DNA of 64,000 nt from Octopus vulgaris (lineage: Eukaryota), in contig OX597814.1 of the NCBI GenBank assembly GCA_951406725.2, forward strand, positions 124,000,001 through 124,064,000, in the 5' to 3' direction. The notes below the pieces were generated by a model. The model made no database searches and was not told the origin of the DNA. It was given only the letters and a program-made list of their open reading frames with translations. The translations under genes and the position numbers were made by a program. Below, in pieces: positions 28,389 to 41,651 of the stretch; the stretch's first letter is position 1; every line of letters starts with the position of its first letter.

Positions 28389-29895
28389 CAGTGTTTCCCA
28401 ACCATTTGTTTTTCTTTATTAGGTTGTTCCGAAAATAATGGCAGCTCTAAGTGTTGTGTTTTGAAATGTAATTTTATCATAGTATTTTAATTATATTTTA
28501 AGTGAATTTCGACTTACTTAATAATTGATGTATACTCTTTAATAATTTTCTACTTATTTCAGACAGAAAACATTCTTGAAGCATAGGTGTTCTTAATTAT
28601 GAACATGACAAAAAAAGAACCTTTGCTTACTTTTCTTGCATGAGTTCAAGCTTAGGCACAATGCCTCCCAAACTACAGTCAATATCAACAGAGTATGGGG
28701 AGAGGGGTCCACAAGTGATCACACAGTACGAAGGTGGTTTCAGAAATTCTGGAGTGGTGATGAGAGCCTTGAAGATGAAGAAGGTAGATGACGGTCTTGT
28801 AGTCTTGAGAATGAACAATTGAAAGCAATTGTTGAACAAAACTCATGTCAAAGTGTCAGAGAAATGTCTCAAGCACTTGGTGCCAGTTTTGCAACAGTCT
28901 CACGCAATATGCAGAAGATTGGTAAGGTGAAAAAGCTTGATAAATGGGTACCAGATGAGCTCCAGAAAAATCAAAATGTTTGGCATTTTGAAGTGTACTC
29001 AATGCTCTTTCTGCAAAACACCAGTGATCCTTTTCTTGACTGAATAGTCACTTGTAATGAAAAGTGGATCCTTTATGACAATCGTAAACAACCAGATCAA
29101 TGGCTTGATCCTGATGAGTCCCCCAGACATTTCCCAAAGCCAAAGTTGCATCAGCAAAAGATTATGGTGATTGTCTGCTGGTCTGCGATTGGTGTTGTCC
29201 ATTACAGCTTTCTGACTGCCAATCAGAGGATTACAGCAGAAGTTTACTGCAGTCAACTCGCTGAAATGCATCCTCACTTGCAAAAAGTGAGACCTGCATT
29301 GGTGAATTGGCATGGCCCAATTATGCCCCATGATTATGCAAAGCCACATGTGGCAAGAATGACACTGCAGAAACTCACAGACTTGGGATATGAGACTTTA
29401 CCACATCCTTCATATTCTCCTGATCTTTCACCCACTGACTACCATTTTATAAGCATTTAAACACGTTTTTAAGTAACAAAATTTTCAGGTCCAAACCAGA
29501 GGTGTAATCAGCTTTTAAAGATTTCTTAGCATCAAAGCCAATAAGTTTTTATCAACGAGGCATGAATAATCTCATTAATCGATGGAAGAGATGCATAGAT
29601 GTTCACGGCTCATACTTTGACTAGTCAAAACATTTTTATTGTAAATTTTTCCAGAATAAAATTATGTTTCTGAAATCAACCATTATTTTTGGAACAACCT
29701 AATACTTATGGTCACTTTGATGGCAATTTTTCTTGGATGGTCTCTGCTAGCCATTCAATGCTTAAAAAATTAAATTTTATTAGGAATTGTATTAAAAATT
29801 GCTAAAATATTTTGTATATTGTAGAAATATAACCAATTAATTACACATAAATTTTAATGACAAAATCTTACATAGACCCCAGTTGAAAACCACTG
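28389..29895. mobile_element. hAT (Charlie-like) MITE hosting a mariner insertion
   Basis: TIRs cagtgtttcccaac (28389) and gttgaaaaccactg (ending 29895). Confidence 0.5.
28419..29702 (+). mobile_element. Full-length mariner transposon with disrupted transposase
   Basis: TIRs ttaggttgttccgaaaataatgg / ccattatttttggaacaacctaa, TA on both sides, 1284 bp; WVPDEL, HDYAKPH and YSPDLSPTDY motifs with stops and frameshifts. Confidence 0.95.
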
Positions 29896-30140
29896 TTATA
29901 GATTTTCCAAAAATGACAGGCTGATTACGGTTGGGATCTTGTTTCCTCACATAGGTGCTGTCCTGGGGTCAATTTGTCTGACTAAAACCCTTCAAGGTGG
30001 TGTTCCAGCATGGCCACAGTCAAATGATTGAAACAAGTAAAAGAATGAAAGAATACATCTCTTCACTTCAAGTTGACCTCTGGGGCAAATACAACAATTA
30101 TCAATATAGCTATTATTATTATTATCATTATTATTATTAT

Positions 30141-30690
30141 TGAGTGAGAGAGCAGTTCATGCCATCAAAGTGACACTGGGGTAAAATATATGAAGCCCAA
30201 TATACCCATCATGACTACCTGTCTGATAAGGGTACACCAGGCACATGCATCACAACCATATATGCGCGACATGGTGATCTCATATCAAGATAAACAGCAC
30301 ATGACCTTGCAGGTGGGGCCCAGTTAGAATTTTCTTCAGGTTGAGTAGCCCATCCCGCTCAAAAGGTTCCTGAATAAGGGTTGTTTAAGGATGTTGAAAG
30401 AACCACCCATGTTTCCAGAGGTGAATTATTCAAACCCCAAAGAATCCCTCTCAACACATGGCTATGATGCTCCCCCACTACTTCTGCTCATGGTCAGAGA
30501 TGCACATATCGTCAGCCACTAAGGGATATGCTCAACTGGTTAAAGTCAAACAACTGACAAGCAAATCTGTGGTATTGAGCAGAATATTTGCTGTAGCCCA
30601 TCTTTTATACCAAGACAAAACAATGTACATGATAACACTTCCAATCAGTTAAGATCAGAAGCCATGAGAGCCACTGCCTGGTACTGCATC
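30141..30690 (-). mobile_element. Repeat family E, ~550-bp non-coding retroposon ending in (TAA)n
   Basis: Copies at 7552-7720 and 42427-42790; flanked by (TAT)n runs; orientation inferred from the tail. Confidence 0.7.
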
Positions 30691-30703
30691 ATCATCATCA
30701 TCA

Positions 30704-30825
<122 letters not shown>

Positions 30826-30877
30826 GAGTTAGGCGGTGAGCTGACAGAATCATTAGCACATTGGACAAAATGCTCAG

Positions 30878-31090
30878 TACCATACTGAGCTACTGTGACT
30901 GAGTGCGAGTGTATTGCTGAAATTATGTTCCTGGCATTTAGCTTTGAAGCCAGTAATTTTCTCACTTGCCACAGGAACTCTCTTTTTGTCTTTAGCTTCA
31001 TGTCGTTGTGTTTGATTCCCTCAGCCTCAAGTATTTCCAGGTATTTATTGCTGGATTGATGTTGAATTGCCTTCTTCATTTCACCATAGA
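30878..31090 (-). mobile_element. R4/Dong-type LINE RT fragment
   Basis: KYLEILEAEGIKHNDMKLKTKREFLWQVRKLLASKLNARNIISAIHSHSVTVAQYG resembles the YKYLG...KSKLNGRNKIKAIN region of R4/Dong RT. Confidence 0.7.
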
Positions 31091-31676
31091 TATCAAAATA
31101 AATGATGTGAACAGCCCTCTATCTCCTCTAGGATCCCTTCTTTCATACTTAAATCTCTCATCTCATAAGCTAGCATAAAGCTACCTCCTTCTCTAAGAAA
31201 TCCCTTGGGTGGGGCTACAGTATGATAGTGAACCCGAACCCAAACCACTAAGCTTCTTAAAAGAAAAATGCTTACCCAGCAAAGAATTGAACTTGTCTCT
31301 TGCATCAGAGGTGAGAGATGCTTGCCACTATACTAACATTTTACTGGTTAAAAACTATAACTACCAATACTAACTATTACCATGTGTAATACTAGTACCC
31401 CCCCAAAAAAACTGTGATGCTATGCACAGAGATGTGAAAAAGTATTCTAAACACATTTCGTTTTTCATGCAGCTGGTTTTATTTTTAATATAACCTAAGG
31501 TTTTGTTGCATTTCATTTTTCGGGAAACCGATTCCAGTTTTTTTCTGAATAACTTGTAACTCACTCAACATATATCCTGAAAACTTGTTAAAAAGTGGAA
31601 GTGACATGCTACCAACTGTGCTACCAAAGCCTTGTAGGTAGCATGTTAGTCTTGTAATTTTTTAGTACGTACACAC

Positions 31677-31707
<31 letters not shown>

Positions 31708-31819
31708 TGTATGTATGTATGTATGTATGTATGTATGTATGTATGTATGAATGAATGTATGCATGTATATATATAATGATTTTTATCTGTATACACGTGT
31801 ATAAAAATGATGATATATT

Positions 31820-31858
<39 letters not shown>

Positions 31859-31861
31859 ATG

Positions 31862-31949
<88 letters not shown>

Positions 31950-32189
31950 TATATATAGTAAAGAGAGAGAGAGAGAGAGAGAAGCAGTGCACTCATACAA
32001 ACTGTATACATTTAGAAATGTATATGTGTGTGTCTATATATCTACTTTTTAAGAAAGTTGGTGGTGTCATCAAAGTTCTGCATGATACATACACTCACAC
32101 ATGCATGCCCACATATGCATGCAAGCACACACACACACACATGCAAACACATTCACAAGTAAATATGTATGCTTATATATCTATTTATC

Positions 32190-32235
<46 letters not shown>

Positions 32236-32327
32236 TGTGTATGTCTGTATGTGTGTATATATATATATCTATACATATCTATATATATATATCTATATAT
32301 ATGTATGTATGTATGTGTATATATATA

Positions 32328-32720
32328 TCATCATCATCATCATCATCATCATCGTTTAACGTCCGTTCTCCATGCTAGCATGGGTTGGACGGTTCGACCG
32401 GGGATCTGGGAAGCCAGGAGGCTGCACCAGGCTCTGGTCTTATCTAGCAATGTTTCTACAGCTGGATGCCCTTCCTAACGCCGACCACTCCGTGAGTGTA
32501 GTGGGTGCTTTTCACGTGCCACCTGCACTGGAGCCAGGCGAGGCTGGCATCGGCCACGGTCGGATTGGTGCATTTTACGTGCCACCTGCACGGAAGCCAG
32601 TCGAGGCGGCACTGGCTTCCGGCCACGATTCGGATGGTGCTTTTTACGTGCCACCGACACGGAAGCCAGTTGAGGCGGCGCTGGCATCGGCCACGATTCG
32701 GATAGTGCTTTTTACGTATC
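32328..32720 (-). mobile_element. Young RTE 3'UTR copy with three 63-69 bp tandem units, in (TA)n
   Basis: CpG-rich; ggtgc...cgtgccacc..cacgg..gccag...ctggc units start at about 32504, 32567 and 32636. Confidence 0.85.
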
Positions 32721-32756
32721 TCCAGTCCAGGGGTCCTGGCATCTGCCGGTTGCCAG

Positions 32757-32805
<49 letters not shown>

Positions 32806-33961
32806 CATATATATATGCACACACACACATACATATACATGCTTGTATCATGTATGTATATTTGTATTGTGTATGTATTTATGTGTGTGTAGATTTGCTT
32901 TTTAAGAAAGATGAACGACATCAAAGTTTTGCATCACACACACACATTTTTTCCCCTTAATTTGCTGGTTTCAGTTATCAAACTGAGGCCATGCTGTAGT
33001 ACTGAATTCAATGGTTTTAGACTATTGTATTAACAGGATTCGTAATATAAGTAGTCACCTGAATTGTAAGAAGTAGCAGGGTTCTGGGTTCAGTCCCACT
33101 GTGTGACACCTTGGGTAAGTGTCTTCTACTATTGCGAGAAACTGATGAAAGCCTTATGAGTGGATTTGGTAGATGGAAACTGAAAGAAGCCTATCATTAT
33201 ATATGTATATATGTGTCTGTTGTGTGTGTACTAGTGTTGCTAGAGTGTGTGCTATCTGGAGCAGCCCTTCCATTTGCTGTCCCTGGACCTCACAAAAAAC
33301 ATAACTTGGCCTACAGCAGACCCAAAAGTGCTGTGTCTTTAAAAGTTCCACCTGGGGCGGACTGCCTCTACTGCTCCCACCTTCTATGCTAGTGTGTGTG
33401 TGTGTGTGTGTGTGTTTGCATCTTTGTCCCTCACCATCACTTGACAACTGGTGTTGGTGTGTTTACATCCCTATAACTTAGCAGTTCGGCTAAAGATCCT
33501 CAAAGATTAAGTAGTAGTCTTAAAAAAATAAAACTACAGGGGTTGATTCGTTTGAAGCAAGTGGAAAAAACAATTAATTATGGAGGATGAACGCTAAGCA
33601 GTGAGAGGTGGAATTGCAATATTATTATCAATCCAAATACACTTGATGCACGTTTGGACTGGGAAACAAGCTACTCACTGCATTTGGTCATGGAGAATAT
33701 AAAGGCAGCGACCTGACAGAAACGTTAGCATGCTGGGCGAAATGCTTTGTGGTATTAACGTTCATTGTTCATGCTGGCATTTGTTGGATGGTTTGACCTG
33801 GGCTGGCAAGCTGAGTAGCTGCATCAGACTCCAGGCTGATCTGGCAGTGTTTCTACAGCTGGATGCCCTTCCTAATGCCAACCACTCCGAGAGTGTAGTA
33901 GGTGCTTTTTGTCTCCATAAAAAGAGGCAAAACTTATTTCCTGTCATATATATATATACAT

Positions 33962-34298
33962 TGAGATCCCCTTTGGTCATGACTGACCATGGGACTGCAC
34001 CTAAAAAGTTACCCTCCCAGGCACAAATCTGAGCAAGGTTGTTTATGGAAAACCAGCAGTCACCCATGCATACCAGCCTCCTCTCTCCACACCTCCAGTG
34101 TTATCCAAGGGAAAGGCAAAGGCCGATACAGCTTGGCACCTGTGACGTCGCAGCTCATTTCTACAGCTGAGTGAACTGGAGCAACGTGAAATAAAGTGTC
34201 TTGCTCAAGAACACAACATACAGCTCGGTCCAAGATTCAAACTCCCAATCTCACAATTGTAAGCTTGATGCTCTAACCACTGAGCCATGCGCCTTCAC
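33962..34298 (-). mobile_element. tRNA-derived SINE family F
   Basis: Minus strand gtgaaggcgcatggctcagtggttagagc...gtgttcttgagcaagacactttatttcacgttgctccagttcactcagctgtaga. Confidence 0.8.
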
Positions 34299-34454
34299 AC
34301 ACACATATATATATAGAATATGAGGGATTTAGTTCACTGGTGATCTAAATGAATAGGTACTTGGGGTAAGTGATATAATTGGTCATCCATTAGGTTCCAA
34401 GTTCACAGCTGAGGCTGGAGCCAGGGATGTGCAGTAGGCTTCTGAGTTAGCAGG

Positions 34455-35168
34455 TATATATTAGAGGAAAAAGGACAACAAAACCAAGGCAGGATGCTTG
34501 TCTCAAGTCATTTAGAATATTTAATTAAAGTAAGGTGAATTTGAAGTAGTTAATTAATTAATTAGTTAATTAATTAATTAATACAGATGGGAGAATTAAA
34601 TTCCCAGCTCATCTTCTTCCAGAGGGTATGGAGGGTGGTCTCTACTTCCATAAAGGTATAGGTCCTTAAGTATAATTCCAGGTAAATCCAGGCAGTATTT
34701 CGGTGTTGTTTTTTTAAATGATGTGTTCATTCCTTCAATATGAGTGCAACATTCAAAATGTTGCCAAAATACTGCCTGAATTTACCTGGGATTATACTTA
34801 AGGATCTATGCGTTCATGGAAGTATGTACCACCCTCCATACCCTATGGATGAAGATGAGCTGTGAACTTTATTCTCCTGTCTCTATTCTTCTATCTACAG
34901 CTTTAGTCTTTATTCTTATATCTCCTATTTTATTCTTTTGTACACTGTGAATTCTCTGTCTAGAACTTTCCTATATGCTCACCTTGTCTCTAATCACAGA
35001 GTACCCAGTGTGTGGAGATGCAAACTTATCACTTGAGATAGCCCAGAAACAGCTGTAAGATTCCAGTTAATTAATTATTTCAAGTTCACCTTACTCAAAT
35101 TACGTATTCTAAATGACTTGAGACACTCGTCCTTCCTAGGTTTTATTGTCCTTTTCCTCTAAGATATA
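34455..35168. repeat. Fold-back element with nested outer and inner inverted repeats
   Basis: Outer arms ~34455-34555 / 35068-35168; inner arms ~34582-34702 / 34765-34885. Confidence 0.85.
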
Positions 35169-35365
35169 TATGTATATATATGAATTGAATATTGAATCTC
35201 AAGACCCCGTGCAGGGGTGTTTGTACCTGATATTCCTGCTGTGTGTGCAGACAAAGCAACACAGCTAAGTGATGACATCCACTCTTGGTAATTCAGTCAC
35301 ATACTTTTTATAAAGGTACTTTCTATAGTATTACCAAAGTGCAGATTCAAAGTTAGGTGAATAAA

Positions 35366-35841
35366 ATATGAATGAGTAACAAAGATGTACAGGTGTCGAT
35401 TCATTATGGCCATTTCAAGTGACTCCTTTAATTGATTAATGAAAATCAATGCCACCTTGACTGGCTCCGAGCCAGTGGCACGTAAAAAGCACCAACCAAG
35501 CGTGGCCATTGCCAGCTTCCCCTGGCCGCTGTGCCGGTGGCCCGTAAAAAGCATCCACTACACTCACGGAGTGGTTGGCGTTAGGAAGGGCATCCAGCTG
35601 TAGAAACACTGTCAGATCAGACTGGAGCCTGGTGCAGCCTCCTGGCTTCCCAAATCCCAGTTGAACCATCCAACCCATGCTAGCATGGAAAACGGACGTT
35701 AAACGATGATAATGATGATGACATCATTTGAAAGAAACAGTTTCTTTCAAATGATGTAATGTCTTCATTAATCAATTAAAGGAGTCACTTGAAATGGCCA
35801 TAATGAATTGACACCTGTACATTTTTGTTACTCATTCATAT
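35366..35841. repeat. Palindrome whose left arm is interrupted by a + strand RTE 3'UTR copy (35448-35720)
   Basis: 35366-35443 is the near reverse complement of 35764-35841; centre acatcatttgaaagaaac-a-gtttctttcaaatgatgt (35721-35757). Confidence 0.85.
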
Positions 35842-35914
35842 AGATACATGTATACACACGCACATACACACACACACACACACATGCACACACACACATG
35901 TATATATATATATA

Positions 35915-36120
35915 GTTAGGGAGAGTTTACGAAAAAAACAAAAGACGAAGACAGGTGGTGTACAAAACAAACAGATGTATGTATTAGTATAACGCTCAGG
36001 AATAGAAAAAGTCTTTTACATTTCGAGCCTACACTCTTCTACAGAAAGAGACACAGAAAACAAGGAGAGAAAAAAGGAGAGAAAGAAATGTGTGTAGTGG
36101 CTAACCATCTATCATGGCGT
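35915..36120 (-). mobile_element. Solo Penelope-type terminal repeat with hammerhead-like motif at 36012-36049
   Basis: Homologous to 26008-26177; bounded by (TA)n. Confidence 0.7.
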
Positions 36121-36654
36121 CTGTGTATATATATAGTTACATATATGCACTTTAAAGCCAAAGTTTGAAAATAAATTTTCAATTTCTGTAAGTTATCAAA
36201 TAACAGGTGTTTTTCCACGAGAGTAAGGAAGAATCCTCAAGCAAACTCATGTTAAAAGTTATCTATAATATCAATGAAGACATGTGATAACACATATTGA
36301 TCTATTATCATATGTTTGCATACAGCTGTTTTAATATTGAACCAACACCAGTAACATATATTTGCTATGTATATGCGATAATGAAATAAATAAACATAAG
36401 TGACTCAGATGGATAATAACACCAGAAGAAAACATAAGCAGCCTGCTTTGTAGAATCAGACATTTAACTAACTTCATAAGGTGTAAGATGAATAAGTTCA
36501 GAGCATTTAAAATTATAGCTTATGAAAAAATTTACAAAATGTATGGAGACTATGCTCTAAATCTTCGGGAGAAAATGAATAACTTTAAAGCATGAACTTA
36601 AAATTTGGAGAGAAAAGCTGTTACCTGAAAAGGAGGGGGGTGGGGGAGGGGCAA

Positions 36655-36922
36655 AAAAAGTGCCTATGTGGTGCCATGTAAAAGGGCCAATGTGGAGTTA
36701 AGTAAAAGTGTCCATATGGTGCCATGTAAAAGGGCCAATGTGTAGTCATGTAAAAGTGTCCATGTGGAGTCAAGTAAAAGTGTCCATGTAGTGCCATGTA
36801 AAAGGGCCAATGTGGAGTGATGTATAAGTGCCAATGTGGAGTCATGTAAAAGTGCTCATGTGGTGCCATGTAAAAGGGCCAATATGGAGTTATGTAAAAG
36901 GGCCAATGTGGAGTCAAGTAAA
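36655..36922 (+). repeat. 24-bp minisatellite (tgtaaaagtgcccatgtggtgcca-like), about 11 copies
   Basis: 8-aa periodic translation in ORF 36621-36917; same unit as 40750-41168. Confidence 0.9.
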
Positions 36923-37310
36923 ACAGAATGAACTGAGATTAGCCATAAGTTTGACTTTTACTCTACAAGGTCTTCTTGAATAGTTGTCATAGCTGAAGGA
37001 AAGTATAAAAGGAGACAAGACCTTGGTATCTTCAGGGATAAGGCCTTGCTTGATATGCAAGAAAGGACTCAGTATAAATGCCATGAATTGTACTCAGGGC
37101 CATATCTAAAAGAAAACACCCAACTGATCAGCAAAAATGCATTTATCTACAAAGCACACAAATGGCTGTGTAGTAAGACGTTTGCTTCCCAACTACATGG
37201 TTCTGGGTTCAGCCCTACTGATGTTCTATTTTCTTTGTAGTAGCCCACAAATCACTTGCATATAAGAGCACAAGTAGGATGATACTCAGACACTACAACA
37301 TATATATATA

Positions 37311-37685
37311 GGCACAGGAGTGGCTGTGTGTAAGTAGCTTCCTTACCAACCACATGGTTCCAGGTTCATTCCCACTGCATGGCAACTTGGGCAAGTGTCT
37401 TCTACTATAGCCTCAGACCAATCAAAGCCTTGTGAGTGGATTTAGTAAACGGCAACTGAAAGAAATATATTATGTGTGTGTGTGTGTGTGATTGCGTATG
37501 ATTTTATCCCTCACTACAACTGATGTTGGTGAGCTTACGTCCCTGTAGCTTAGGGATAGAATAAGTAGCAGGCCTTACAAAAAAAAAAAAAAAGGATTAA
37601 GTACAAGGGTTGATTTTCCTACTAAAATTCTTCAAGGCACTGCCCCAGTATGGCAGCTGTCTAATGACTGAAACAAGTAAAAGAT
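37311..37685 (+). mobile_element. SINE family B
   Basis: Same as 26522-26927. Confidence 0.8.
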
Positions 37686-38091
37686 AGAAAAATATAAGAT
37701 AAATATTCATTTATCATGGTCTCACTATTTCCCCTCACTCTGTGCTTCTATTACAATGGTTTCTGATCCTGTGAACTAGTTAGTTGCATAACCTTTCCTT
37801 CCAAAACTATCCTGCCTTTTGTCTCAAAATATCTTGGATGGAAACAGTACCCAAAACTGAGTTTTAAATACCTCCTCCATCGACCTTTCTCTTACTTCAT
37901 TTCAGCTGTGGTTCCTCTCCAAGACTTTACAGAAAACCACCACCTCCAGAACTGTTACCTTCTGGAATTATGCTCCCCCTAATGATTTATTTTGAGATAT
38001 TGCTGAACAGATGTTTAATTTGGCCATCAACTGCATTGCTCTTAACAGTCTCGGGGGGGTGGGCATGAATATGGGAGAGTAATTTGCTTAG

Positions 38092-38431
38092 GGCCAGCGT
38101 CGCCTTACTGGCACTTGTACCGGTAGCATGTGAAAAAACATTCAAGTGAGGTCGTTGCCAGTGCCGCTGGACTGATTCCTGCGCAGGTGGCACGTAAAAA
38201 ACATCGTTTGAGCATGGCCATTGCCAGTACCACCTGACTGGCCCTCATGCCGGTGGCACGTAAAAGTATCCACTACACTCTCGGAGTGGTTGGCGTTAGG
38301 AAGGGCATCCAGCTGTAGAAACTCTGCCAGATCAAGATTGGAGCCTGGTGCAGCCATCTGGTTCGCCAGTCCTCAGTCAAATCATCCAACCTATGCTAGC
38401 ATGGAAAGCGGACGTTAAACGATGATGATAA
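38092..38431 (+). mobile_element. RTE 3'UTR copy with 12-bp TSD
   Basis: taatttgcttag at 38080-38091 and 38432-38443. Confidence 0.9.
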
Positions 38432-39531
38432 TAATTTGCTTAGCGGGTGCAACCCAGTTTTTCAAGAGGATATTGAAAGCATTTCCACTGCCTTGCAAAA
38501 ATTTTAGGGAAAGCACTTGTACCCCCTGCACCTCTGGTACCTCTTGTTGCTGATCCTATGTTGAAGGGCTCACAAAGAGGATGGCCAATGAAGAAATTAA
38601 CCAAAAGGAGCTAACTAGAAACATAGTTTATTTAAAACATTAATTAATACATTAAAAAAAAAATCATCAAGAATTTTTAAATTCAGTCATTGCTAATATC
38701 ATGATTATTATTCTTCAGCTTACATTAACACAATACTTTGCAAATCATGAAATATTTTTTTGAAATCTTTATATTAAACAATGTGCTGAATGCTTTTTGT
38801 TCCTGATTCATCTGACAAACAATGCAAATGCTTAATTGAAAAGTAATGTTATATTTTTTTCAAATGTAACTTCAATTCTTTGACAAAGCAATGTTCTATG
38901 TTAAGTAAATAAATATCTTTTGGTTTTTGACAATGAATATTCCATCTGTTTGATCATCTGACTTATCTATTTTTTGAGTTGTGTCTAACTGGTTGAGTAT
39001 CTCAAAGACATGTGTAACCTTAATGTAATTCTCAATGTGAATCAGCTAAATACAATATGTAAATATTGCTGACTCTTTGAATTAAAAGAACAATTCATTC
39101 ACTAGGCTTTCTTACAGTTTCCATATACCAATTTCAAGATTCTACTTTTTAGCTACTTGACTATACCAGCATCCATCATCATCACCATAGACACCACAAT
39201 GGCAATAATGACAATTATAACAACAGCAAAGTTGATGACAACATAGATAATGATAATGACCACTACCACCATTATCATCCTCCTCATCTTCATCATCATC
39301 ATCCTCCTCTTCCTCATTGCTTTAACATCTATTTCTTCATGCTTGCATGACTGAGACTTTTTTTTATCTATGGCCCAATGTTCTTCCTGTTGCTAACCCT
39401 CACCAGCAAGGTAATATTTTTCCTCTAGTCTAGACATGTTTACAGAAGATTGCAGACAAAGGACAATGCTTTTATGTTGGTGACATTTACAATTATCACA
39501 TGATGTTGTGACAAAGACACACACACACACG

Positions 39532-39600
<69 letters not shown>

Positions 39601-39881
39601 ACACTTGCTGAGCTTCTTTTCAGTTTCCTCCCATTTTTTACCAAATTCTCTCATAAATCTCTGATTGGCTCTGCACTATAATAGAAGACACTTGCCCTAG
39701 GTGCTACACAGTGGGACGGAACTTGAAATGAGGAGGTTGCAAAATGAGCTTCTTCACCACCCAGCCTTGCCTAGGCCTATATAAAGGAACTTTAGATTCA
39801 TCTTGAAAATTAAAACTCAAACTTTGTGATCAATGTGGGTTTGTTCTGTTTTCTTTTTTCTTCACATCTCATTTATATTGT

Positions 39882-40330
39882 AATAATAATAATAATGGAA
39901 TTATTGTATACAGTGCTCAGGTGCACCACAACTTGTTAAAAGTGTGTATAAAGCATATGCAGTAATGTACAAATGTCTGGAAAGTGAACAGTGTATGAGT
40001 CAGATACATGTTTGCGTGTGTATGGAGGGGAGAAAATCAGGTGTAGTGTTGGCAAATCTCAGGAAGCATGGAAGTTTTGAAGGATGCAGTGCTCCGACAA
40101 CTAATAACTGATGCCAGCAGTTTGTTCCATACATCAGCAACTCTTAGCGTGAAAAAATGTTTCCGAAAGTCATGGGAGCTGTGCTGTTTTCTGACTTTGT
40201 AAGCATGTCCACGGGTATTAGACAGGTGGAGTTTGAAAAGGTGCTCAGAGTTATTGTTAGTAAGATGGTTAATAATTTTATGGTGTCTACCAAGTCAGCT
40301 GCCAGATGCCAGAGTTTCAATGTATCCCAG
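39882..40330 (-). mobile_element. CR1-type LINE 3' end, same family as 12836-13954
   Basis: Reverse complement of about 13505-13954, including the (ATT)n tail. Confidence 0.9.
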
Positions 40331-40424
40331 TTCCTTTCAGATATTAGTATTATACATTAATATTATCAATTCAACATTAATATTATCAATTCAAACATTA
40401 ATCCAGACACATTTTTAAACTCTT

Positions 40425-40596
40425 TCCGTTTTATTCCTTTTCTGCATTTGTTTTTTACCTGATTCCTTTGTGTAGAAAAGCACAAGCTTGGAACATCAGA
40501 AATGCTTCAGTTTTACCTGAGTGTCAAACTAATACATTTTGTTTGTTGTTCCCTCACCTGGCTCTGTCTTCTGCTTTTTGTATAATTTTGAACTAC
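40425..40596 (+). mobile_element. Degenerate solo Penelope-type terminal repeat
   Basis: cctttgtgtagaaaagcacaagcttggaac...cctgagtgtcaaactaatacat matches 61005-61130. Confidence 0.55.
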
Positions 40597-40749
40597 ATTA
40601 CACATGATAATGGTTTCAAATTTTGGTACAAGGCCAGCAATTTTAAGAGTGGTGCCTGGCACCTTGTTGTACTCAAGAAGACCTGTACTTCACAGCAGAA
40701 GTGTTAAAACTAGTCCCTTGTGGCAGTGTCACATAATGATGCCCATCTG

Positions 40750-41360
40750 GTGTCATGTAAAAATTTCTTAGTGATGCCACTAAGTGCCTATGTGGTGCTA
40801 TGTAAAAGTGCCAATGTGGAGTCATGTAAAAAGACCAATGTGGAGTCAAGTAAAAGTGCCTATGTTGAGCTATGTAAAAGTGTCTGTGTGGTGCCATGTA
40901 AAAGTGCCAATAGGGAGTCACGTAAAAGTGCCCATGTGATGCCATGTAAAAGCACCAGTGTGGAGTCACGTAAAAGTGCCCATGTGGTACCATGTAAAAG
41001 GGTCAATGTGGTGTCACATATAAGTGCCCATATGGTACCATGTAAAAGGGCCAATGTGGAGCCATGTAAAAGTGTCCATGTGGTGCCATGTAAAAGTTCC
41101 CATGTAGTGCTATGTAAAAGTGCCTGTGTAGAACCACATAAAAGTGCCCATGTGGTGCCATGTAAAAGCACCCAGCACACTCTGTAAAGTGGTTGGTGTT
41201 AGGAATGTATCCAGCCATAGATACCATGCCTCAACAGACAACTGGAGTCTGGTGCAGCCTTCCAGCTTGCCAGCTCTGGTCAAACCATCCAACCCATGCC
41301 AGCATGAACAATGGACGTTAAATGATGATGATGATAATGATGATGATGATGATTATGATG
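40750..41360 (+). repeat. 24-bp minisatellite (about 17 copies, 40750-41168) running directly into an RTE 3'UTR and (GAT)n tail
   Basis: Last unit tgtaaaagcacccagcacactctgtaaagtggttggtgttagg... is the normal RTE tail. Confidence 0.9.
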
Positions 41361-41579
41361 AGGGTAAGCTGATTACATTATCCCCACTATTCATCTGATA
41401 CTTATTTTAACAACCTGGAAAGAATGAAAGACAGCATCAACCTTGGTGAGATTTGAACCCAGAACATGGAGAGGAGAAAGAAATAATGCCATCTATGCAT
41501 TTTGTCTGACTCATTAATGTCCATACCAGTTTCCCACCTTAGTATTACATATAATAATAGTGAAAACTGGTCGTTATTG

Positions 41580-41651
41580 TAGTTGGCAGTATAGTGGTAA
41601 CTATCTCCAATAGTGATACAGGAGACTGGGGTTCAATTCCTTGCCAGGCAA
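41580..41651 (+). pseudogene. tRNA-Asp-like pseudogene or isolated SINE head
   Basis: agtatagtggtaactatctcc...ggagactggggttcaattcc aligns by eye to eukaryotic tRNA-Asp(GTC); anticodon arm decayed. Confidence 0.45.

Noticed and set aside
32504-32720. HDV-like ribozyme in the 60-70 bp RTE unit (cag-cgccgcctcga-ctg resembles P3/L3)
   Set aside because: Could not build P1, P1.1, P2 or the catalytic J4/2 by eye
40720-41187. Periodic 24-bp arrays (also 36655-36922 and 42750-43052) as CRISPR arrays or repeat proteins
   Set aside because: No unique spacers, no cas genes, eukaryotic context; units are degenerate tandem copies contiguous with retroposon ends
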